A stretch of DNA of 64,000 nucleotides from Eledone cirrhosa (GCA_964016885.1 OZ024741.1:361832001-361896000), one strand, 5' to 3'; counted from the stretch's first letter, positions 28,268 through 41,469 are shown. Translations and numbers: made by a program. The notes: generated from the letters alone by a model not told the origin.

Positions 28268-28488
28268 CCCTTTAGCATATACATTACTCTATATTTACTA
28301 TTGTATTTTCATTGCAAAGGCTTTACCTTACATAATTATCTTATATAATATTGAATCTATAAGATTTTGATATTTCTTATTCTGAGAGCAATACCTTAAC
28401 ATCAGTATGAGCGGGTAGTTACAACCGGTTTGAACAGAAAGAGGTGAGAAAATTCTGGTTGGATATGGCTGGTTTAAATGCTAGAGGG
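28268..28488. mobile_element. piggyBac-type MITE (copy of 2844-3064, opposite orientation)
   Basis: TTAA-ccctttagcat ... atgctagaggg-TTAA. Confidence 0.68.
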
Positions 28489-29594
28489 TTAAGGTGTTGT
28501 GGGGAAAAAACCCTGAATACGTAACTAAAAGTGGACTAGACGAAACTCTATAAATAAGAACTGAAGTGAACTGTCAAGGGAACTGTGTGTACGAGTTCTT
28601 GTAGTCTCTCGTTGGTAGTTTGGAATTACGCCTGGTGAATACCTTGGGTTTTACTCTCGTTTCGTACAGATATACAAAATAGGTATGTCACACCATCATA
28701 ACATAAGGGGAAATTACACTATCGGCGACATAATGGGACTAGAGCACCCATAAGGTTAACATAATTCAGGGAGATTCTGCATGACACAGTGTGCGACAAG
28801 ACTGGCTCTTTAAAATTACAGATACAATCCATCTGATGGGCTTCCAAACAGTTACTATCTATTTCACTCACAAGGATTGGGACGTGAGGCAATGATGAAT
28901 GAGACTTGTTCAAAATGCTATGTAGTAGGATTGAACCTGGAATCTAATGATTGCAAAACAACCTTCTTAATCATTCAGTCATATTGTAGAACAGCATAGT
29001 CTTACATTATAAACTTCAGGCTTCACTGACTAGTCTATCTTTTCTATCTATACTTTGCTTCTTACTAACATTTTTAATAAATGTTTCATTAAAGGGGAGT
29101 GACCTACATTTTGGGGGGTTTATTTTGTTTTGTTGCTTTAAAACAAAATGTTTGTCACTTTCCAATGAGTGACATTTTGATATTTTTATTTCAAAAAATT
29201 ATATCTCTAATTGCTTAAGTTTCATCATCATCGTTGCCACCGCCCCCTCCTCCTCATCACTTCACTCATCTTTTTCACCATCACTACTGAAACCATTGTT
29301 ATTATCATCATTGTTTACCACTGCCACAAACTCCACCACGTCTGCCACCCTCACTTGAGTATTCATAAAAACTTTCCATCATAATTTTATGTAAGAACGT
29401 TTATGTTATGCTCCAAACACCAGCTAAATAATGAGAAAGTTAGTTATATTGCTAAATTCCATCAAATGATTTGAAAATTATAGTCAGTGTCTTCCATTAG
29501 AAATATGGTAACAAAATGGTTAACATATTAACATCTGTTTAGAGAGTGGTGTTTAAATACGATAGTCCACATCAAACATGTCTACCATAATGGT

Positions 29595-30330
29595 TTCTTA
29601 TATAGGCACAATTTTGGGGGAGGGGAAAGTCGATTTAATTGACCCCAGTGCGTGACTGGTACTTTATTTTATCGACCCCGTAAGGATGAAAGGCAAAGTT
29701 AACTTCGGCGGGATTTGAACTCAGAATGGCAAGGGCCGTAACTCTATGCATCAAAGCATGGTGTCCGACCCTCTACCAATACTGCCAATCCAAGGGTTTC
29801 TCATCTAGGCACAAGGCCTGCAATTTTGGGTGAAGGGAAGGTCGACTAAAGTGACTCCAGTGTGTGACTGGTACTTTATTTTATCGACCCCATAAAGATG
29901 AAAGGGAAAGTTAACCTCAGCAGGATTTGAACTCAGATCATAAAAGGCTGTAACTCTATGCTGCAAAGCATAGCGTCCGACCCTCTACCGATACTGCCAA
30001 TCCACCGCTCTAATAATAATAATAATTGTTTCTACTTTAGGCACAAGGCCAGCAATTACCCAGTGCATTACTGGTACTTTATTTTATCGACCCCGTAAGG
30101 ATGAAAGGCAAAGTTAACCTTGATGGGATTTGAACTCAGAATGGCAAGGGCCGTAACTCTATACATCAAAGCATGGCGTCCGACCCTCTACCAATACTGC
30201 CAATCCACCGCCCTAATGGTTTCTAATTTTGGCACTAGACAATTAGTTTTCATGGTAGGGAAAAGTTGATTAAATCAACCCCATTATTTGACTATTATTT
30301 TATTTTGACCTTAGTGGGATTTGAACGCCA
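29595..30330 (-). mobile_element. Three to four tandem tRNA-derived SINEs (family S2)
   Basis: Minus strand reads ggcggattggcagtattggtagagggtcggac (A box) ... ctgagttcaaatcc (B box) ... ctttgcctttcatcctt..ggggtcgataaaataaagtaccagt. Other copies near 5465-5548, 36280-36385 and 39165-39240. Confidence 0.8.
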
Positions 30331-30366
30331 CTGGACTTATAACAATATTAAATAAAGAAATTCTAC

Positions 30367-30536
30367 CTCAAATCTTTTCACGTGTTTCTGTACTTGTTGT
30401 CCCTTCTTTGCCAACATGCTACTGATATAGTTGATAATGAGAGCTATGTAAGACAAACCAATGACTATCCATACATAGGTGGCAATTCGGTATACATTTC
30501 CGCTGGCCTCATCAGATTCGCTTTCCTCTGCAATTC
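30367..30536 (-). CDS. K2P potassium channel, exon: M4 and proximal C-terminus
   Basis: Acceptor ttcttcttattgtag|GA (phase 1, matches upstream donor), donor GAG|gtagaa (phase 0). Encodes IAEESESDEASGNVYRIATYVWIVIGLSYIALIINYISSMLAKKGQQVQKHVKRFE. Confidence 0.92.
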
Positions 30537-30931
30537 CTACAATAAGAAGAAACAATGACTAGATAATTAGAACAACTCTTTTTTTTTTTTTTCAGAAAAT
30601 AAAACCACCACCACCACCAACAACGCAAAATTCAACAACCAGTGCCAGTTTCCACCACCACTACTAACAACAGTAACAGCAACTCTACTGCTACCACTGC
30701 CGCTTCCGCTGCCACCACCACCACCACCACCACCACCATACCCCCCTCCCCTCCACTAACAACAGTAACAGCAGTAGTAGCAGCAACAACTCTACTGCCA
30801 ACACCATCACCACCACTACTAACAACAGTAACAGCAGTAGTAACAGCAACAACTCTACAGCCACCACCACCACCACTACCCAACCACCAATAACAACAGC
30901 AAGAAGAACAAGAACATCAACAGGAACTTAC

Positions 30932-31264
30932 CCACAACATAATCCCCAAAACCTATGGTACTGAGTGTAATGAAGCAGAAATATATGGCATCTAGGATTG
31001 TCCAATGCTCCACTGATTGGAAAATAAGAGCAGGAGCTATAAACAACAATGTTAAGCCCAATATGATGATAATGGCCATGTTAGCAGCTTTGTTAATGAT
31101 TGGTTTACGGGAGAAGAGATTCAAATTGTTGATTTTGTTGGCAACATTTTTCAGTTTATCTCCAATGTGTCCCAACATGACCAAAGTCAAAGGGATGCCT
31201 ATCAGAGCATATATGATCACTACAATTTTCCCAATATCTGTGACTGGGACCATGACACCATAAC
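30932..31264 (-). CDS. K2P potassium channel, exon: end of P1 filter, M2, M3, P2
   Basis: Acceptor ttttcattttgcag|GT TAT GGT, donor G|gtaagtt. Encodes GYGVMVPVTDIGKIVVIIYALIGIPLTLVMLG...WTILDAIYFCFITLSTIGFGDYVVG; GIP in M2 and TIGFGD are K2P hallmarks. Confidence 0.95.
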
Positions 31265-31529
31265 CTGCAAAATGAAAAAAAAAAGGTTAAATATTTAATT
31301 ATAAATTATAAATTATAAATAGATAATAATAAATAAATTCACTCATCACTTTGGTATGTGAACGTTCGTTTGTAGGTCACACATGTAAGCACCTCAATAT
31401 ACACTCTTGGCAGGTGCAATGTGTCCGAACACGGAAGAGCCGAACTCCCACTGTCATTGCCCCCATCTCTCTTGCCCTTCCCATCTCTCTGTATAGTGAG
31501 CAAATGGGGTCCCACATGCTGGCTGCCTC

Positions 31530-31745
31530 ACAGCCTCGGTGGACAGAATGGAGAAGGAATTTCCCCAGAGGATGGTATGGGAGATGCGTTGGAAGAGCTA
31601 TTCCATCTCGCGATGCTCACAACTACGGCTGGCCAGCTCGGCACCTATGGTGGTGAATAGGGAGGTAGCCCTAGGGCCAAGGACACCAGAAGTTTCCACT
31701 ACTAAGGGTATGACTGCAAACCTGTTGGAGAGCAACCAGTACTTG
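31530..31745 (-). mobile_element. CRE-like non-LTR fragment (second copy)
   Basis: Reverse-complement homologue of 2400-2630 (VETSGVLGPRATSLFTTIGAEL...FQRIS). Confidence 0.65.
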
Positions 31746-31765
31746 GAGAATAAATAAATTTGTCA

Positions 31766-32610
31766 AAACTGTAGGAGGTTGAGATCTGAAGAGCATATTT
31801 TAATGTTTGTGACCTGTTCTCATTCATCCATTCTATTTCCTCTTTCCTATCTTCTCTTCTTTCTTTCGAGCCAACTCACATCGAGCCGCTCATCTCTGTC
31901 CTTCGAGGTAATATTTTACCCAATGTTGCTTCAATTATATTTTTCTGTTTTAACAGCATCCAGTTTTTTTTATTTTTTCCTGAGAATTCTAATACACTTA
32001 TGTATCAGAACTCTACCTTACCCTTCTAACGCGGACTGATATCATACCTGAGAGGTGAGTTTTTTCCCCTCTTTTTCCCTCTTCCTCTGTCCCCCATGAT
32101 TTCATTCTTTCTTTCTCTTCATTCTCTTTCACTGCTCCCTTTCTTTCCCCCTCTCACTCCCACTGTTACCCTTTTCCTTCCCCTCTCTCCCTTCTACAGG
32201 CCAGCTCTACGCCAATATTCTTCCTTTCTCGTGATGACTAGAGGTCGATTGGACGCACTTCATCTTTCTCTCTATCTCTCTAACCTGTCCCAACACAAAC
32301 ATTATCTGAACAAAGATATTTATTTCTCCATTACGAGCCTCCTATTCTTTGCAGTAATCTCATTAATTCGTTGAAACTGTAGGAGGTTGAGATCTGAAGA
32401 GCATATTTTAATGTTTGTGACCTGTTCTCATTCATCCATTCTATTTCCTCTTTCCTATCTTCTCTCCTTTCTTTTGAGTCAACTCACATCGAGCCGCTCA
32501 TCTCTGTCCTTCGAGGTAATATTTTGCCCACCACCGCTTCGATGGTATTTTGCTGTTTTAACCGCTTCCATACGCCGAGTTTTTCTTTTTTCCTTATTCT
32601 AATACACTCA
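31766..32610. repeat. Direct repeats of about 235 bp with 608-bp period
   Basis: aaactgtaggaggttgagatctgaagagc... starts at both 31766 and 32374. Confidence 0.9.
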
Positions 32611-32819
32611 CGTCTCAAAACTCAGTTTTCCAAGTTAATTTGTTTATAAATAAATAATCATTTTACTTAGTGTTAAGAAAATTTGAATTTTGAAAGTATG
32701 TCAGCTTAAACTGCTGCAATCAGCTGAGATGCTTCCAAAATTTAATTCATTATTCATGCAAAACACTCCTTGTCAAGTATATATGGTTTAAAGAAGGGGA
32801 CAGAGGTCAGGAATTGAAT

Positions 32820-34180
32820 TTTTAATTGTCTCTGATCTTTTAGATTCTGTGTTGTATGTTGGTGTTAAGAGAGGGGCTGAGCTGTCAACAGATCACTATT
32901 TAGTTATCTGCAACCTGAGACTACCTAAGGACAAGAAAATCCACAAAACTAATAGTTGAGGAGGTTTGCAAATCCTATTGCATCAAAATTTAGAGAACTC
33001 ACTGAACAAACTGAGGACATTGAAATGGAGTAGAGACTGCTAGGCTCAGTAGTTTCCACTTCAGTTGTAAAATGCTGCTGATAAAAGCAGCTCAGTGTGG
33101 TACCATGTCGTAGAAAGGCCACCTGATTGATTCAGAAGGTTAAAGATGTCATCTGATCAAAGAAGGAAGCTTGGTAATTAGTCTTCCTTCTTACACTTGC
33201 AGTACAAGCAGATGCAAAAAGTCACAGTAGAAACAGTAAAGGCATCCAAGGTTAAACTATGGGAGGACTTTGGGGTTAAGATGGAATCTAACTTCAGATC
33301 AGCAAATTATCCTGGTAGTTGATCCACCGACTTCGTAATAAGAAGTCTTCCTCCATTCCTACTATCAGGAACTTGTCTCGGGTTCTCCTCTCTGAAGGGT
33401 CATGAATCTTTGTTGGGTGGAGAGAATACTTTGCTGATCTCCAAACTCTGGTCATAACACCACCTTCTGGTGTACATTAGGTGCATCTAGGCTTGAAAAC
33501 TAATTTCTCGGAGGCTGAGGTCATCAGAGAAACTAAAGCACACAAATGTGGCAAGGTCTCTGTGGAGGATCAAATTTGGCCCATGGTGTTAAAACCCTTA
33601 AAAAGAGAAGGAATGCTCTGGTTGAATCATTGGTGCCAGGTGTTCTGGATACCTGGAAAGGCACCAAAGCAAAGGTAATAAGGAGTGATAATTCCAATTT
33701 TCAAAAAGTGAGACAAGAAAGATTGCTCTAATTATGGAAGAATCTTCTTGTTAAGCCTCCCAGGTAATGTGTATGGCAAAGACATGTAAGGATATTATCA
33801 ACTTCAAGCTAGCTGATGAACAGTGTACTTTTCACCCTGGATGCAGCCCAGGTGACCAAATATTTACTCTGTGACAGGTCCAAGAAATTTTGGGAGTATT
33901 GCAAAGAGGTGTGTGCTTGTTTTGTGGACCTCAAAAAGGCATATGACTGCATTCCATGGACTTGTAGAAGGTTCTGCAGGAGTATGAGATCAATGGACAA
34001 TTTCTTGATGCCTTGAAGTCCTGATATGAATGCCCTAGTATTTGAATTAGGATAAATGGTGTTAAATTGAAACTATTCAATGTGGGAGTCAGACTCCACC
34101 AAGGATGTGTATTTTCACCTCTCCTGTTCATAATCTTTATGAACAGGATTGACATGCACAGCTCGGTTAAAAGTAGTATC
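32820..34180 (+). mobile_element. Old, heavily decayed RTE-like LINE of a different family
   Basis: Remnant motifs STDHYLVIC, FVDLKKAYD, QGCVFSPLLFIIFM, with many stops. Confidence 0.75.
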
Positions 34181-34787
34181 AAGACGCAGGCGTAGGATCA
34201 GTTGGCAGGAATATATTAGTGAAAGTAAAGGATCTACTGCAAGCTTAGCGGTTTCAGGTACCAGTACCGTTGATTATTAATATATATATATATACTAGCC
34301 GAATTACCTGTGTCTTGCTGCGTTTTTTGTAAGAAAAGGATGATTGATTTTAAATCAGTGATATAATTTATGGAGAAAAACTCTGCATTTCAATATTACT
34401 CAATGTAAAATGTAATGCATAAAAAATTGGAAAACATTATTTTTTGTAATATATCAAATCTGAATTACATTATTAAATCTTATTCTTATTTGGTTTCTTG
34501 TAAATAATTTTTAACAAAATATCAATTCAAAATTTTTGTGAATAGGCATCATATCTTGTCATTTACCTATGGTTTAAATTTCATATAAATTGAAGGGAAA
34601 AAATTTTCAGCGGTGGTTTGTGCCCCCGGGGAATCCTTTGATTAAAATGGAATATACTTATCCAAGTACCCTGGGCAATGTAGTTTCAGAATATATATGG
34701 TTATGGGGGTCTATCTCCAAAACCATAGGAGGAGTTTGTGAACAAACAAACAAACAGACAGGAATACAACTTTATATATATATAGAT

Positions 34788-34845
34788 ACACCTGATGATG
34801 TCACCAGGTTCATACGCAATCTGGCCACTGAAATGTGCATAGCAT
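34788..34845 (+). ncRNA. Decayed type I hammerhead ribozyme motif
   Basis: acac CTGATGA t-gt..ccag/ctgg..ac-t GAAA tgtgca TA gcat. Stem III is ATGTGCAT; stem I only pairs if the ancestor was acgc/gcgt. Confidence 0.5.
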
Positions 34846-34914
34846 TTGCAGGAATAAATAATTAAGGGAATTCAACCTGTCTGGTCTCTGTCATTTTACT
34901 TTATAATATATATA

Positions 34915-35200
34915 CATTACTGTGTCCTTCTTAACCATCACCAAGAAACCATGCTGCTGATGATTTCCTCCGAATGAAACAGTCCTGTAGAAGCAATTTC
35001 TAGATTAAATATTTATACTCTGCTATGTATTGAGTACCATACTTACTGTGGTTACCCCCCCCCCCTATTGAACCCGGGGGACACACATCTTTTAGCACAT
35101 TACTGTGCCCTTCTTAACCATCACCAAGAAACCATACTACTGATGATTTCCTCCGAATGAAACAGTTCTAGTCCTGTAGAAGCCATTTCTATATTAAATA
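34915..35200 (+). mobile_element. Retrozyme-like element, 183-bp period, about 1.5 units, between TA tracts
   Basis: tactgtg.ccttcttaaccatcaccaagaaacc...CTGATGA..GAAA is duplicated (cores at 34957 and 35140). Confidence 0.6.
35136..35172 (+). ncRNA. Minimal type I hammerhead ribozyme motif
   Basis: acta CTGATGA t-ttc-ctcc-gaa-t GAAA cagt TC tagt: stem I acta/tagt, stem II ttc/gaa closed by U.U, 1-bp stem III. Confidence 0.55.
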
Positions 35201-35204
35201 TATA

Positions 35205-35362
35205 TTATCATCATCATCACCGTTTTACATCCATTCTTCCACACTAGTATGGGTTAGATGGGTTGTCCTGTTGTGGGTAATGCCAGGTCAGGTGATTATG
35301 TCTTGCTCATGCAGAACTGATTTTGGCTTGATTTCTACAGCTGGATGCCCTTCCTAACACCA
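35205..35362 (-). mobile_element. RTE family B extreme 3' fragment
   Basis: 3' UTR terminus with (GAT)n tail, between TA tracts. Confidence 0.8.
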
Positions 35363-35417
35363 TTTGTATATATATATATATATATTAGGATTGGTGCTCT
35401 GAAATAGCGATGTATAC

Positions 35418-35507
35418 ATGAATGTATGTATAGTATATTTGGCAATATACCGTATGTTTTTAATTAAACATACGGTATATTGCCAAATATACTATACATA
35501 CATTCAT
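35418..35507. repeat. Perfect inverted repeat, 42-bp arms, 6-nt spacer
   Basis: atgaatgtatgtatagtatatttggcaatataccgtatgttt-ttaatt-aaacatacggtatattgccaaatatactatacatacattcat. Confidence 0.95.
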
Positions 35508-35712
35508 ATATATATATAGTAATAATAATTAGAAAGACCAAAATCCGAAGAGCGCCTCGATAAGGATTGTATATATATAAAAAAGTATATATAAACCCAT
35601 AGAGCAAATATCTATTATTAGAACAGATTAAAGTTTAAGCAAAGAATCGCTGCTTTTTTACGGGATCTTCTGAAACTTAGAAGATCCTGTAATAGGGCGA
35701 AAGCAGCTAATA

Positions 35713-35752
<40 letters not shown>

Positions 35753-36069
35753 ATGTACACACACGCACAAAGATATATGCAGTGACTTGTAAATGGGACC
35801 ACATGAAATCCTTTAAGAGATTTTATGCAATATAAGACAGCAGGACATTTGGTATTTCAGCAATGAACCTAATTGGTGTTTATGGATTAGAGCTTAGCAA
35901 GAATTAAATTTCAAAACTAAAATCTAATTTTAGAAACACAAATTTCAGCTTAATGACTCAATAAATAAGAATGAATGAAAGGAAGAAAGGAAGTGGGAGT
36001 GGGTGCCTTCATGTGTGTCTGTGCATATGTTTGTGTGTATGTTTGCAAGTGAACACATATGAATATGTA

Positions 36070-36235
36070 CCGTATTTCCCGGCACCGAAGACGCTTCGTC
36101 CTCAAGGATGCACCCTAATTTTGACAACCAAAAATTTGAAAAAATAATAAACAATCTTCGCCCTCCAGGACGCATGGTAGATTTTTGAGACTTATTTTAG
36201 GAAAAAAGTAGCATCTTCGATGCTGGGAAATATGG
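36070..36235. mobile_element. Tc1/mariner-pogo type MITE
   Basis: TA flanks; TIRs of about 25 bp, ccgtatttcccggcaccgaagacgc / gcatcttcgatgctgggaaatatgg. Confidence 0.8.
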
Positions 36236-36871
36236 TATATGAGTATGAATGTGGTTCATTTAGCAAAGTTATTAGAGTGGGATATTTATTCTGAGTCTCT
36301 GCATTCTGTGTTCATATCCTGTAGAGGTCCACTTTGCCTTTCACCCTTTCATGGTCGATAAAAAATGCACCAATCCAGTGCTGGTACTGTCCTTCTCCAG
36401 ATCAACAAAAGCTAAGTATAGTGGTTTATACTAAGCTAGAAACTTCTTTTGTAGTTGTCTCCCTGTGGTGCTCCTCCCTAGCATGAAACCAAACTACATC
36501 TCATCTAATTAGTTTCCAAATTAGTTGAGCTAAAACTCTTTCTGTCATTTTCATTACTTGGTCCATTAGTTTTATGCCCCTGCAATTTCTCCTTTCTGGA
36601 GCATTACATTTTCCCTTGCAGCAATTAATGAGTATACTACTTGCACCTGTCATTGGGTATGACCCTAACATATACTACCTGATTGAGTGAGATGCAGATC
36701 TCTGACCTGCCTGGAAGGTCAGCAGTCCTACTTCAGTACTGACTTTGTCTATGTAGACCTGACCAACCCTTGCTAGCAGCGAAAGTAGATGATAAAATGA
36801 TGATGATGAAAAAGTCTGTCTGGCATATGTGCATGATTATGTGTATCATCATCATTTTCCCATGCTGGCAC

Positions 36872-37320
36872 AGGTGAGTTGAAGACCAGAACTTATCCTG
36901 ATTTTATGTGGCATTAAGCACCTGAGATTACAAGAGAAAATAACTATAGACAGGATGTAAGTCTGTCACTAATTTAATCAAAATTGCTGCTTGTAATTAT
37001 TTTCAGCTGATTGAATTGCAGAACCCATGACTTAATGATCATGAGACCTACACCTACCAACTAGGCAGGACACCTTCAATATTATTATATGTAATAATAA
37101 TCTTGAAGGCATGCTGTCTAGTTGGTAGGTGTAGGTAGGTCTCATGATCATGTATTCATTTCATATGCCTGCAATTCAATCAGCTGAAAATGAATACCCC
37201 AGCAGCAGTTTGGGTTAAATTAGTGACAGACTCACATCCTGTCGATTGCTATTTTTTCTTGTAATCTCAGGTGCTTAATGTCACATAAAACCAGGATAAG
37301 TTGTGATGTTCAACTCACCT
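36872..37320. repeat. Diverged inverted repeat, arms about 215-230 bp (head-to-head SINE-like copies)
   Basis: aggtgagttgaa...caccttcaatattatta and taataatcttgaagg...ttcaactcacct are imperfect reverse complements. Confidence 0.8.
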
Positions 37321-37876
37321 GGTCCTGCCTGAATCGCCTCCAAACAGCTGTTGGTCACTGCAGAGCCAACCTTCAGAAAAGGGGATATGCCACCGATGAT
37401 GATTCCAACTGCCAATGCAGGTGATTACAAACTATGGCACATCTTCTAGTTTGCTCCAATCTTGAAGATTCATGCACACCTAACAACCTTAAACCTTAAC
37501 ACCCCTGACAAGGCTCTGTGCACAACACTGGATGAGTGTGGTGTAGCGACTTGATAAGAAGATATGTAATGATTAAATATATATGGTGTTGTCATTGTCG
37601 TAATTATTATCATTACATCTGTTTTTCCACATATGTGTGTGTGTGTGTGTGCGTGTATGTGCGTGCACGTATGTGTGTGTGTATGTGCGCGTGCGTGTAT
37701 GCAGTGAAAATATAATGAAAAGAGCAAATTTATTATAACATTTATTATGCTATCATAGGTTTCAAGGTATAGGTGTGGAAATATCTGCAAACTGTACACA
37801 ATGGTGCAGAATACATAAAACAGACCCATTGGGTGTAGAGGCAATATTTATGTGTGTTTGTGTGTGTGTGTGTGTG

Positions 37877-37916
<40 letters not shown>

Positions 37917-38397
37917 CAGAAGTAATGAGTTTGTATGATGCTACTTAATTTGGGTTTTTGCTTGGCTAATAAGAAAGCCTCTACATAGTCACTTAGCCTG
38001 CAAGAACTTACAGAGAAGTCCTCTTCACTATCATCATTACTCTATTGCAGTTACTGATGGTCATCCATTGCAGCTTTCATAATCAGTTGTGGTCTAATGG
38101 TTGAGTGATTATCTCTTGCCATCAGTGGGATTTGAATTCCTAGGTTGTATATGAACATTCATAATGCTTGGTTTTCTATGGATGGATGCCCTTTTTAATG
38201 CCAACCACATTACAAGATTTCCTCGGTTATAAAATTAATATTCTGAAGTATAAAGTAGCTCAAATCAATGAAAATAGTGCTGAAAAATAGTGTAATCTGC
38301 TACTTGTAGACCAATCTAGAAACCCTAAGGGAACACTGGCTACATTGGTATAGAGAAAGTGAGTGTAATGACTGAAAAATATAGAAGTAATACTTAC

Positions 38398-38562
38398 CAA
38401 TTGTTGTTACTGTTGTAACAACGAAACAGAAAGATCCAGAAAAGGTCCATCGGTTTGTCACCTGCTTTCTCTCATGGATCACGTTGAGAGCATATTGTGG
38501 ATCACTAGCAATTGATTGTAGGAATGCGGAAAGTCTATTCTTGTCGATACATGTGTGGTTTG
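38398..38562 (-). CDS. K2P potassium channel (TREK/TALK-like), internal exon: cap loop + pore helix 1
   Basis: Acceptor ctcttcctctcattacag, donor G|gtaagta; 165 nt, phase 1-1. Translates xNHTCIDKNRLSAFLQSIASDPQYALNVIHERKQVTNRWTFSGSFCFVVTTVTTIG (cap Cys, P1 helix). Splices in frame to the next exon to give TIGYG. Confidence 0.92.
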
Positions 38563-39363
38563 CTGTAATGAGAGGAAGAGAGATTACATGCAGATAAACA
38601 ACAACAACACTGCTGCCGCCACCACTGCGACCACCACCACCACTAAATCAACAAACCAACTGCTTCTAAACTTTATTTTATTTATTCTGAAATGATGAAA
38701 GCCCTGGTGGAATTTGAATTCAGAGTGCAGATAACTTGGGGCATATTCCACATTTAAGCTCTTTTGTTACCATATTTCTAATGAAAATAATCAAAAATTT
38801 GAAAGTTTTAGTAAAATAACTTTTTCATTATTAAGCTGATGTTTAGAGCATAACCTAAAATTATGATGGAAGGTTTTTAGATAAATAGACACTTTAGAAT
38901 ACAAATTTGCATCATAGAACCAAATGTGGCTTCAAGTGATTCGATATCAAAATGGTTAATCTTCTTCAACTACAACTTCACCACCTTAAATAGGGATAAA
39001 AGGGGTAGTTTATTGCAGAGAGATTAAGGGACATCAAACAGGGTTCGTATAATTCATTGTGGCTCTTGTGTATTGTCTGTACACCATTATTGTTATTTTT
39101 ATCTCTTTCCAAATGTGATACCTATATGTGTGTACCATTTTGATTTTATTTGCTGTCACACTAAGGTGAACTTTGCCTTTCATCCTTTTGGCATCCATAA
39201 AAATAACATATCAGGATTAGTGGATTAGTGGGGTTGATAAGGAATCAGAAGAGATGTTTCGTTGGTCCAATATAATGATTGATACCTTTCCTTTTCACTA
39301 TGTCTTCACTGTATATTATGAACGTGGTGGGTGTGGGGATAGAGGTAGTCAATGTATTTCTTA

Positions 39364-39530
39364 CCGTATTTCCCGGCACCGAAGACGCTTCGTCCTCGAG
39401 GACACACCCTAATTTTGACAACCAAAAATTTGAAAAAAATTGTAAACAACCTTCAGCCTCCATGACGCAAGGTAGATTTTTGAGACTTATTTTAGGTAAA
39501 AAATAGCATCTTTGACGCCAGGAAATATGT
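39364..39530. mobile_element. Tc1/mariner-pogo type MITE (second copy)
   Basis: Highly similar to 36070-36235. Confidence 0.8.
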
Positions 39531-39759
39531 TAATTTTTTTTTATCTTATCCTCTGTGTATGTATGGTATGATTTTGTTATCGCATGTGATTGATTGTTGT
39601 TGTACATCTGTACCTGAAGAATAGTGGAGTTGGTGAATGATAAGGCTGAAAATAAGTGTGAAGTCAGCTGCATATGAGGATCTCTATATGGTTTGAGGAA
39701 ATGCGGAGGTCATTAAGAGTGGGTGAGAAGATGTATATACATACATACATATATATATA

Positions 39760-40830
39760 AGGAAAGGTGTAGGTAGGAACTCCATTTTCTGCCCCAAGTG
39801 CAAACAATGGGTACACAAGAGATGTAGCGGGATCTCAGGAAGCTTAATTAAGAATGTAGGCTTCACATGCAGCAGCTGTGCTGGTACAGCAAGCAGCAGA
39901 CAGCCACAGGAATCAAGTACCACCAATCTCTGGGAGGGCTCTGTAGAAACAGTAGACAGCTTCTGCTACCTAGGTGACCGAATTAGCAGCGGAGGTGGGT
40001 GTTCAGAAAGTACAATAACTAGGGTAAGAACGGGATGGAAGAAGTTCAGGGAGCTACTGCCACTGCTAGCTGCAAAAGGCTTCTCCCTCAAAATGAAAAG
40101 CAGACCGTATGATGCGTGTATACGAACAGCAATGTTACATGGTAGTGAGACCTGGGCGCTGTCTGTGGAAGACTTATGTAGATTAGAAAGAAATGAAGCC
40201 TGCATGCTCCGATGGATGTGTAATAGTAATATATGCGAATGGCAAAGCATAAATGAATTGAGAGAGAGACTGAGCATAAGAGGAATTAAATGCTGTGTGC
40301 AGGAGAGGTGGTTGCGTTGGTATGGACATGTGATGCGTATGAAGGATGACAGCTGCATAAAAAGTAGCTAAGCACTAGAAGTCAATGGAAACCGCGGAGT
40401 GGGATGAGGTGATAAAAACCGACCTTACCCAATTACACCTCTCAAAGGCGATGACACACGATCGTGACCTCTGGCATCACGCAGTAATACAGAGTACCCG
40501 ACCTCCCATGGGTACAAGCCGAAGCTGAAGCATATAGACAATATGCCCCCACACCCTCCCACTGCAAAGTGGTCGTGGAGGTGCCACGGCAAAAAAGCAC
40601 CCAGCCCACACTGTAAAGTGGACGTGTAGGTGCCATGGAAAAAAAGCACCCAGCACTCACTGTAAATGAGGTTGGTGTTAGGAAGGGCATCCAACTGTAG
40701 AAATCAAGCCAAAATCAGTTCCTGTATGAGCAAGGCAGGGTCAGCCGACCAGACACTGCCCACAACAGGACAACCCGTCTAACCCATGCTAGCGTGGAAG
40801 AACGGACGTAAAACGGTGATGATGATGATG
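39760..40830 (+). mobile_element. RTE family B 3' fragment
   Basis: Starts within the PHD finger after a TA tract; ends (GAT)n(TA)n. Confidence 0.92.
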
Positions 40831-40887
40831 ATATATATAAATATATATATAACTATAAATATATATATATAAATATATATATGAATA

Positions 40888-41002
40888 TAAGTTGAAAAAA
40901 ATGAAAACGAAATTTCATTTCTCACTCTTAGTATGGCACTTACTTAAATGTAAGTATGTATGTATACGTACATACATATATGTATACAGACGTACAGTAG
41001 CA

Positions 41003-41048
<46 letters not shown>

Positions 41049-41469
41049 CAGGTACACATACATATATGCACGCATCAGTTTAGCGAACGCTTATTATAAC
41101 GCCGCTTTGTTCGTTTGTAAACAAACTGAACAGCCCGAATTTATGCCATACGGTGTTAAGGCAACCACGTCACCTTTTTGTTCAACACTGACACAGGAAC
41201 GATGTACTAGTTTCAAGCTTGTTAGCTATCATCAGCACCGTATACCCATCTACCAGATAGTTGAACGTTCGAAAGTATATACTTTCCTTATGAAAATTAA
41301 CGGCTGAGCAGCTTAATTTGCATATTGAGTGAGTTAAATCGGTCAGGCATACCGAAAACGATAAGTTGAAAAAAATGAAAACGAAATTTCATTTCTCACT
41401 CTTAGTATGGCACTTACTTAAATGTAAGTATGTATGTATACGTACATACATATATGTATACAGACATGT

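Noticed and set aside
34293-34786. Helitron/Helentron-like non-autonomous element (also 17450-17480 and 26270-26420)
   Set aside because: Ends look reminiscent (tactagc..., gacagac..tatatagat) but I cannot support boundaries or class from sequence alone.
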